A stretch of DNA of 49,108 nucleotides, the filler included, from Sphacelaria rigidula (taxonomy: Eukaryota), in assembly GCA_964200075.2 (NCBI GenBank). It is 3 parts of 3 records of this genome, joined end to end, with 100 filler letters (N's around TTAATTAATTAA, not from the genome) between each part and the next. Parts side by side here need not be neighbours in the genome. Positions count along the whole stretch, not along the records: positions 32,808 to 49,108 come from CAXNAA020001404.1; 2 more parts are not named here. One strand, 5' to 3'. Position 1 is the first letter of the stretch. Every line of letters begins with the position of its first letter. The position numbers and the translations under genes were made by a program. The notes under the pieces are model-generated. The model had not been told where the DNA came from. It made no database searches and was given only the letters and a program-made list of their open reading frames with translations. Below are positions 40,801 to 49,108 of this stretch, in pieces.

Positions 40801-43800
40801 AACCGTGAGCCCTCAACCAAGGTCGACCGTCAACCCGAAGGCAACGGACATCCACCCTACCCGTGCCTGTGGAGGGCGATGTGGTGGTGGTTTTTGGTGG
40901 TGACAGGTTGGCCCTGGATACATGAAAATGATGAAATCTTTAAACGGGTATCTATACACGGCGATGACGAATCATCGCCGGTTCGAGTCACCAAATCCAA
41001 GATTTTTCAGGCCTGATTGCTCGAAAGAAATAGAAAACAGTTGACCACTCGTCAAAAACGTCTCCACGCAGTTGTTGCGCCATTCCACGTGCCTGGGTTA
41101 CGACGCGTACCTGGGTTGCAACGCCGAAAAAAAGCCCAAGGATTGATTCATACGATACGAATCATTTACACTAAGTTGAAGTAATACCCAGACGAATCAG
41201 TAATTCGTCCGACCCGTGGAATGTTTGATGAAAGATACCGCACATGCGAACTGTTTGTCTTCTATGATCAATACCAGGGCCGAACACTGTTGGAGGATCT
41301 CGACTCGATGTTGTGCGCGGACGGGTTGGTAGCTGCGCGGTCGAGCCTCACCTTCCTCATGTTCGGGCACACTAGAGCAACGCGGTTGTTCATCCCAGAC
41401 GAGTGCGGTGACGGTCATTGGCGAATGGGCGGCAGCGGGATCGCTACTTACGATAATACCACCTTACTGGCGCTGGAGAAGCCGGATGCAGAGGTGGGCT
41501 GTAACGTTTCATGTAAAGGCAATGTCTCTCTCACTCACACACTTAGCCAAGAAGTGTGCTGCAGATTCTGCAGGTACGAAAGGTCTGCACGGAAAATACA
41601 GGCTGTGTAGTAGCAAAAGAAGGTGACCCTGGGCGAAGTGTGCAGTCGTTTTTGCCGCAGACTTTGCACTTTTGAAGGTCGCAGACCTTGGTATAATAAT
41701 GTTTCTCGGATACGTTGCTACGTTCTATGGCGGACCGACTCTCTGATCCTGGGCTGCTATACAAAGCATGTGGCAAACCGTATTTCCTCGTCAAAAATGC
41801 ACGCAGAAATTGAGCGAACGTGACTGTTGCGATGCTTTTGAGCCATACAATGGTCAAGCACTCGACTGACCGACTAGATCCAAGGTGGCGCCGAAATTGG
41901 CGACTTCAGATCTCGTTCAGGAACATCCGTGCGAAGTTTAGTCGCCTCAGGTTGCAAACGGCCGGGGAATTAGAGCGAGCGGGGGAATGCTCCGCTCCGA
42001 AGTTGTAGGCATGTGATCTTCGGGAAACATTCATCTGACTAGAAGCTTTACGAGAGTGACTCGATTCCCATCACCTCGTCTCATGATGTGTTCTGGACCG
42101 TTGTGTGGGCTGCAAACGGCACTTTGAACTCGCCACCGCTTTGTAGTGGACGCACACGACTGTTAAATGTGTATACCGAGTTCTGAAAGGCGAGTTCATC
42201 TACTAGTAGATGACCCACAGATCGCGACGTTTTGTTTTTTGTTTTTATTACATCTTCACTCCCCGCCCAGATCCTGTCCACTCGAAACCCTCGGTTTCTA
42301 GTACCCCGTCACGATCTGGTATCGAGAGAGAAACTTCGTCACTTCGTCCCCTGCGTATCAAGGAGTACATGTCCTCTGTCTGAATCTGCGCCGTGTGCCT
42401 GGAGGAAATGTTTGTCGGCATTCAAATTTCTTCCTCGGACCAGCCTGTATCGCGAATGCGCTCAAACTCTCGGTGAGCGTTGGAAGGCTTAGCAGGCGCA
42501 ATGTTGGACCATGCCCGCTTTCGGGTTACTTCCTTCATACCCCAGAAAGCACCACTATCCACTCGTCAATTTGCCGCAAGCCGTCGTCCCGTCGTGGATA
42601 AACACAACCTCCTCCGTCGCTGTGGCCTAGGTTTGAAGACACAGCCAAAACTCAGCAAGCTTTCACATGAGAGAAATACTGGTGGACCTCCTCCTTCAAG
42701 CAACCCTAGCCTTGATTAAAGGGTGGTCATGGTTGGGTAGCTCCTGAGCTCTTCACCATCGGCATAAGCTTTTTGTAATGCTGTACTGTATATCTCACGA
42801 GTACTAAACGACTTCACCACCCAATGGAAAAAGACCCTCATGGCGTTCATAACGTCCGCAACTCATACGTTATCTCGTGTGATCCGCACGGCACATACAC
42901 ACTCGAACTTGGTGGTGTTGTCAACGGCATTTTTGTTCCCAAAAGAAGCGATCTTCCTGTCAAAAATTGGCGCAAAAATGCTTATTGAGCGTCAACACCT
43001 CGCAAATTGGTTTGCTCGCTTATGCTGCCAAATGGTTACGCTCTTGAGAGAACAAATCGATATCCGAGACTATCTTTTGTTCAGATCAAGTGTGCAGGAT
43101 AAACACCGCCTACGCTGTCCCGGAGTGATCAGCGTCAGACATACTGAGTCCCAGAAGCTATCCGAGCGATGAAGAAGCAGATATTCAGCTCAGCGGTGAA
43201 ATACGATCACGAGATTCGCCGCTTGAACACTAGGCAGTTGAGTTTGTCCCTGTCCGGTTTCGAAATCCGAATTTTGGATTTCTGCTTGGTTCTAGCTCTA
43301 GCCTACACCATCGCGTTTCAAAGTAAGGGCCCGCAGTCCGAAACGTTCACCCAGCGTATGTGCAGCGTACGTGGCATGTGCTTGACCCGGAGCGACATTG
43401 AGTGTTGCCAAAACGAGGCTATTTTCACCGCGCCCCGATGAATCCGTTGTACAACTGAAACTCATTTGGTCGAAGGTATGCGGCGGGTTTGGTTTCGGGC
43501 AGATGTATCGTGTCGTCTCCTGATGCAGTATGTGGTGACGGTCGTTGGTGATGTGAGGACGCAATCAACGGAGAAAGGGACGTTCGACGAGTGTCTGCTT
43601 ACTTACTGTGGCAATGCTGACGAATCACGCGATACCAGAATTCAGGGCGCGGGGAGAGAGACAGTTGGGTTGATCCCCTGCGCCCACGGAGCCGTCTTGA
43701 CGAAGGAGAGGATTACAAGTTTGATAGGGAAAATGACATTCCTGTGAACCAGCTGATCTGTGGTACTCGTGGTACTGTACGGTAGGGGCTTATTTTGTAC

Positions 43801-44871
43801 GATGCGGCTTACATTTACGCGTGGCGAGAGTTTTTGTCGTAACAGGCGTGTGTGTAGAGGGCATACACTCCACGACCGCTTGTATGGCTTGTGCGTCTCG
43901 CAAACTTGTTTACTCTGTCCTGGCTTCCCTAGCCACAAGTCCTCCTTCATCGATGGTACTGGCCACATCATTCCTGGTGCCTGAACCACCCAACAATCTC
44001 GACGTATAGGAGGAATTGATGGTGTGACGACCAACAAAAAGAAGATGAGCACACTTCGCCGTGGGCGCTACACACCCTTCCTCGAGATTACTTGGTCTAC
44101 CTTGGGTCATGGTATTGAGATCGGGTTTACCTTACGGTACGGTCGAAGCTAGATGCGCTCAGTTATCGGATTCTGGACCCGAACTGGGACACAGCATTCA
44201 ACCTTGTATCTCCCTCATGTAGGATTTTGGCTGCTCAGACCGGGCGTTATCTTTTTGTTGTGTTGTATTTCATTTTCTCTTTACTTTCCTCTTCTTTTCC
44301 TTTTTTTGTTTTGTTTTAGGTCGGCCATTTCTTTCTGTGCTTTGCTTGTGTTGACTTCTGTTTTTTGTTGTCACGACCTAGTCTGCTATGTCGTTCTGTT
44401 CGACTTTTTGTTTTGTTCTGTCCCTTCTTTTTTTCAAGGCGTGTTTCAGTTTCGTTTTGTCTTGGATACGTCTATCATGAGACCACGACTGGACCCCTGG
44501 GGAGTCAGTTAAAGTGCGACAATCAATCCATCAATCAATCAGACCGCGGCCATGTGATCCATGAACGTACCGTTCGGCTATATTTTCATATGCTGAAACT
44601 CACGTGTATAGTCAGTGTGTTGGTTGTTTACAGTAGCCACGAGATGCACTAGTTTCCTGTGCGTTAATCGAAACGCACGGCCTGACCGTATTTCGCATGT
44701 TTTCGTTTTTGGAAATTGCCTGCTCTTGTCGCATCTACCCGTCTTTTCTACTCCAATCCGGGAACGGAATAATTACAGCGGAAGAAAAATGTACGCGGCC
44801 GTCGTTCAAAGTTTATTCGGGAGATGTGTACGGGGTCTTGAAGTTACCTTGAGCCTTAACTACATCGCACA

Positions 44872-44934
<63 letters not shown>

Positions 44935-45121
44935 CACGCCAATCACTTCGATGGCTGAAAATGTTGGGCGTGCACAGGTTTATGGAATCAGGTGGAAGGA
45001 AGGTGGCCCGGAGGACTACAGCGTTTACAAAGAATGGCATGATACGGATCCGCAGCTGATGGAGATGATCACATACACGGGCATCGCAGGTCTCCAGCAG
45101 TGTGCTGTCGAATTGAACTAA
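34819..45121 (+). CDS. Putative fucosyltransferase-superfamily (GT11/GT23-like) protein, 5'-partial; exons 34819-34989, 37325-37548, 39353-39514, 41278-41493, 44978-45121 (~305 aa)
   Basis: Five stop-free segments, each preceded by CAG and the first four followed by GT, join in frame (phases 1,0,0,0) and end at TAA 45119-45121. The protein has LVIHMRSGDIF (HxRxGD, motif I-like), GQPPLQFY and EDLDSMLCADGLVAARSS (motif III-like). The exon structure is well supported; the function is inferred from motifs only. Confidence 0.82.
35382..35789. mobile_element. MITE with three internal ~80-bp tandem units
   Basis: TIR ACCGTAGGTAAGGTA / TACCTTACCTACGGT, with units GATACCACGGTATTT..AATACCTACCGTACCCGC. 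Confidence 0.7.
36844..37025. mobile_element. Hairpin MITE
   Basis: ~60-bp imperfect inverted arms (GAGGAAGAA..TGTCGCGCGG.ACGCAA and its complement). Confidence 0.65.
38280..38686. mobile_element. Foldback element with ~160-bp inverted arms
   Basis: ATGATAACCCG..TTCGCATCCATAT..TTCGAAATATACTTCCATTCCT..CTACTACACGCCATACCAA is mirrored at 38524-38686. Confidence 0.75.
38718..38860 (-). pseudogene. Fragment of a LINE reverse transcriptase domain
   Basis: PLCRCFINLQKAYDLGSRSLLRKLLARYGALAKM resembles the RT segment F(I/V)DLxKAYDxV..LWxxLxxxG. Confidence 0.7.
39002..39256. mobile_element. Family E MITE
   Basis: CAAGGTTAGGACGAATCA at the left end and GATTTGTCCGACCCTTG at the right end. Confidence 0.7.
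39616..39957 (+). mobile_element. Family A full-length copy with C-run tail
   Basis: Starts GCACAATGGGGATGATCG and ends CATGAGTAC plus a long C-run. Homologous along its length to 47270-47616. Confidence 0.85.
40290..40620 (+). mobile_element. Family B: 3' end of a non-LTR retrotransposon (LINE ORF2 C-terminus), 5'-truncated
   Basis: Encodes CDLYKAERDVLE..DRWWPQTAKQ..RSRNGAPSLKECVVNGQTTKA with frameshifts and ends ATGAGTAG plus a C-run. Copies differ in 5' length but share the 3' end. Confidence 0.75.
40957..41218. mobile_element. Family E MITE
   Basis: CACGGCGATGACGAATCA at the left end and TAATTCGTCCGACCCGTG at the right end. Confidence 0.7.
41629..44063 (-). mobile_element. Decayed hAT-like transposon (~2.4 kb) in the last intron of the fucosyltransferase-like gene
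   Basis: 15-bp inverted termini CTGGGCGAAGTGTGC and GCACACTTCGCCGTG. Broken minus-strand translation has hAT-like segments (IA*FVSIATVSKQTLVERPFLR, FSCTTDSS, SSPGSESRSAIERS). Confidence 0.5.
44245..44540 (+). mobile_element. Family C 3' UTR and (CAAT)n tail
   Basis: Matches the reverse complement of 48240-48520. A tail-only copy is also present at 32541-32602. Confidence 0.8.
44874..44931. repeat. (CA)n microsatellite
   Basis: Perfect CA run about 45 nt upstream of the last exon acceptor. Confidence 0.95.
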
Positions 45122-47269
45122 TACCAACGTGACATTATGTGGGTGCTGGTTGCGCGTGTGTGGTGTGTGTGGTGTGGTATGTGTGGTGAGTGGAGTGTGT
45201 GCAACGGCAATTGAGTTATGTGACAATGGGTGACAGGGGATGGTGGCGGGTATTTTTGGCCGAACGAAATTTGTGCTGTCAACCAATTTCTATGAAGGAA
45301 AGCATTTCGTCATCTGTTTTTCAGCCCATGTATCAATAATCACACATTATTTTCCACAGCATGAGTAAAAGGGGTCAAAATCCCTCACGTACGCGTATCC
45401 CGTTGAGATCACGGCCCTCGGACTCCCATCGACTGCGTACTGTGTTCGGAGTGGTGTGAATTGCATTTGTCGCCCGCAGCGGACAGAGGTCCCGGATCTC
45501 TTATCGTGCTCTCGTCGAAGATGAATTGACCATTACGCCAGGTGATACTCGCATGCTGTTAAGTGTAATGATTGCGGCGCAAAATTTCGAACGGATGCTG
45601 CTGAACTGATTGCTCAAGTACCGTCGGTCGTGTCGTGTAGCGTGGAAATCGGTACAGATTATCCCAACATGTCAGGGTCGTTAACTGTCACAGGTAACGC
45701 GCAGCGCCAGGGTTTTTCTTTTGCACGGTTTCTGTTTTCTTTTCGGAAAACGTGCACCACAAAAGAAGCAGCCCTGCTGCTGCTATCTTGTAGCTTAGCG
45801 GACGAACTGTCTGCCCCCCCCCCCCCCCCCCCCAGAGAAAAAAAATACCCAAACCGTATTTCACCGTACATGCGAGTTTACAGTTTTCGGAGGTGGACTT
45901 GGACTATCGGTCTTACCATGACACGGCAAGACAGGAAGCGACGATGCAGGGATTGCACGCGGTGGGGTGCAAAATGGCTTGTAAATTCAGAGAGTTCTGC
46001 TGTTGGGTACTGTTGACGACAGGAAGTTTATTGGAAAACAGAAATTGGACCGGTCACATCTCCACTAGTAGGCAGCACACCGTTCAAATTAAGGGTCGGG
46101 AATAGGCGTACCATGTATCATCAAAAGCATATCCTCGGGAGCAGGCGTGCCATGTATCATAGAGAGCAACCCGGGGCAGGTTTCCTGTAGTCAAAACAGC
46201 TGCATATCCTGGCAGCTCGAGAGTGTATGACCTAAGGAACAGGTTGCTAGTCAGATTAGATTCGAGATGTTCGACACCTCGCATGCCTTTGTTGAGTCTC
46301 CAGAGCTTGTGCCTCTCGCCATGTCAACACAGTACCGATTGCAGGGTGTTCGGCTGATCCTAAACCAATGACATTGGTGGAGGACTAGTAACAGAGCGAT
46401 CGGCGACGAACCTCGACAGCAACAGGGCTTCCTGTCATTTATTTTTGTAGAACCGTGCCGAGTATTTGTTGCCTCTGCACTTGAGAACTTGTTGAGAGAG
46501 TGTTGTGGGTATATAGCGTGTCCGATTGTGGAACATCATTCATTGTTTTCGTCGTTCCTCTAATGACTATAGTGTCGAAGTTCGTCGTGTTTTCCCAGGC
46601 CGGTGGTGTTACTGGCACAGTGGGAACCGGTCAGGGGCGGGAGATGGCCACTTCGAATGGATGGATGTGGGTTTGAGGACGTTACCTGAAAAGTGTACGT
46701 ATTATGTCTTTGCACACGGGAGGACGTGAGTAGGAACGATAATTTATTTGCCGCGAGTCGAGGGGGTGCGGGAGTGCTCATCCACTCCGCGATACCGCGA
46801 AGTAAGGCATCCACCAGGCGGGAAACGGGTTGACGTGTTTAGACTAGGGACGCATCCCGACAAATAACCGGGTAAAACTATCATGAAAGGAACACATTCT
46901 CGGTCTCCTTCGGCTTTTGCCTTCGGTCATGCCTCGCGCCCCCACAAAACCGCACACAAACGAAGAATCACCAGTAAGCGACGGAGACGAGAAGAGGATC
47001 TGGCGTTCGAGCAACGCTTGAATGCCGCAACAAGAAACAGCGGCAGAGTTCGCCAATCTTGCGTACCCCCCTTCAACCGCGGTTGACGGAAGCGTAAGCG
47101 GGGACACATGCCGACGCATCCTACGATATGGGCAGGGGTGTTTGAATGCGCGGTATAAAGAAGCTCATGCACTCATGCAATTACCGTGCTTCCTTGTACA
47201 TGCCGTTTTGGGGACTTTATTCGGGCAGGGTGTTGATGAAGCGCTATGGAGAAATCATGCTACGATAGG

Positions 47270-47616
47270 TGGGACGGTGTACTCATGACCATGCATGCTA
47301 TAGTCATCAGACCATTGACCTCGTATCCCTACAAAGCCGGGACAAAACACGCCGGGTTCTCGCCGGACTAGGCTCGCATTCTATTACCAAGCGCGAAGTG
47401 CCGTGGTGTGTTCGGCGAGTGGCATGAAGGGTGAGCTGCGTCCTGCCAAGATTGTCCGGCCCAAAGCCTACTGATTGTCTCGCATTTGGATGACAGCCCA
47501 CAATGAGTTGCTTTATTTTCTGGTATCGCCACTTCTGGGGACAGCCACGGCGTATAGACTGCCTCATAGGTGTCTCACGATTTCAACATTACGTAGTACG
47601 ATCATCCCCATTGTGC
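47270..47616 (-). mobile_element. Family A full-length copy
   Basis: Same 5' boundary (GCACAATGGGGATGATCG) and 3' end (CATGAGTACACC) as 39616-39957. Further fragments lie at 40636-40680, 48170-48193 and 49040-49080. Confidence 0.85.
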
Positions 47617-48189
47617 GGAGTTGAGGCTCTCCCATGAGGCACAGCATGATCTAGCTCGACTACCATCATGATTACCGCAGAACAAACGCAAGCGCACAAA
47701 CCAACATCGGTAACCTGGTTGTCTGGCTCAGGCGGTGAGTGGCGTGTTTTACAACGTCATCGCCAACCCCATGGGTTGCCCGACGATAGGTGGGGGGAGG
47801 GGGGGGGGTATTTTGGGCCTTTTCTTCCCTGAAATTTTACTTTAAATCATCGTTGAAAGCACTGGCAACGGTTGTTCGAATGCGCTGTTTGTCGATGAAT
47901 AACGCTCACTCGTACTGCGCTTGACATCGTTTTTGAGTCTACGATAGCCCCCCCACCAACACAAACTAGCCCCAGAGTGAGAACTTCTTAAAGCGGGAAC
48001 CAAGCAAACTGAAGTGAAAAAGAAAGAACGAGGACAACGAACAGCTGGGAGTTCCCACACGTGGGTTCGCTTTCGTCAGTGCCACCAATATTAGGCGCCT
48101 CATGCAGCCTGAAACCAAACATGAGGCGCTGTATGATCACCTTCTTCGTGGCAGTTCAAGGCTGGTTTTGGGGTGTACTCATGACCTTG

Positions 48190-48790
48190 CATTGATTGAA
48201 TGACTAATTGATTGATTGACTGACTGATTGATTGATTCATTGATTGTCGCACTTTAACTGATCCCCCAGGGGTCCAGCCGTGGTCTTATGATAGACGTGC
48301 CCAAGAAAAACGAAACTGAAATACGCTCTGAGGGGAAAAAAAGGAAGAGAAAAAGAAAGAGAGGTCGAACAGAACGGCATAGCAGACTAAGTCGTGACAA
48401 AAAAAGGAAGAAAAAGTCAACACAAGCAAAGCACAGAGAGAAATGGCCGAGCTAAATCAAGAAAAAGGAAAACAAGAGGATAGGACGAAGCAAATCAATA
48501 ATATACAATGAAACGATAGGGAAAAAAAAGAGAACAGGTCTAAGGGATTCAGGGCAGCAGAGTAGATACAGACACACACCAGTGGATACCGCAGAGCCAC
48601 CGACCAAGGACATAATCAACAACCGATATGAGAGGACAGGATTATCCGATTGGCAGCCCTCGACGCAGCAGCCTCTCGCTTGTGACGGCGGTCTGATTCT
48701 CGCTTGCCCGCGCGTCGCCACGTGTCCTCAAACTCTTCCGCTCCCTTTTCGACTCCAATATGCCATTTGCCCAGGAGCATATCGCTGATT
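48190..48790 (-). mobile_element. Family C: RTE-like LINE 3' end with (CAAT)n tail
   Basis: ORF end KWHIGVEKGAEEFEDTWRR, a T-rich 3' UTR, then GACCACGGCTGGACCCCTGGGG..AAAGTGCGA and (CAAT)n. The clade assignment is inferred. Confidence 0.7.
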
Positions 48791-48794
48791 TTGG

Positions 48795-49030
48795 CGGGGG
48801 GTGGGGTACTCATTTGTTGCTTGCCTTCGTTGTTTGACCATTGAGCACGCACCCCTTTCGAGACGGAGCACCGTTCCTGCTCCTAATAGGGACACCTTCA
48901 ACACTCAGGCGCTCATAACGTTTCTTCCATACATTGCACAACAACCTTTTACACATCTTATCCCCGTCCTGTCTCGCCGTCTGTGGCCACAGTCTATTTC
49001 CTAGTATAACCATCGTCCCCCCCCTACTGT
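48795..49030 (-). mobile_element. Family B LINE 3' fragment
   Basis: VILGNRLWPQTARQDGDKMCKRLLCNVWKKRYER..RSRNGAPSRKGCVLNGQTTKASNK*, then GTACCCCACCCCCC. Confidence 0.75.
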
Positions 49031-49108
49031 CTAATGATAGCCTGGTCCGGCGAGAACCCGGCGTGCTCCGTCCCGGCTTTATAGGGGCGGACCCCCGATA
49101 GGGTTGGC

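Noticed and set aside
46100..47200. Faint LINE-like peptides (QQGFLS, GHFEWMD..LPEK)
   Set aside because: Too degraded to support as a feature without an alignment.

Overview
Eukaryotic, intron-rich and repeat-rich DNA. Long GT-AG introns, GC-rich exons and the repeat families point to a brown alga or related stramenopile (inference). The window is not one locus. Three pieces of 16,305, 16,302 and 16,301 bp are joined by identical 100-bp linkers (44 N + TTAATTAATTAA + 44 N) at 16306-16405 and 32708-32807. Piece 1 is almost entirely nested transposon debris with no recognisable host gene. Piece 2 carries a complete 3-exon RPL31 gene and a 5'-truncated 3-exon RIO2 kinase gene, both on the minus strand. 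Piece 3 carries a 5'-partial, 5-exon plus-strand gene for a fucosyltransferase-superfamily-like protein (HMRSGD and EDLDSMLCADGLVAARSS motifs) whose introns are filled with MITEs, LINE pieces and a decayed hAT-like transposon. The most unusual signal is a LINE family and a ~330-bp non-coding family that share a ~70-nt 3' end terminating in ATGAGTAC followed by C-runs rather than poly(A). A tRNA-like tandem dimer also lies downstream of RPL31. No CRISPR array, rRNA or prokaryotic system is supported.
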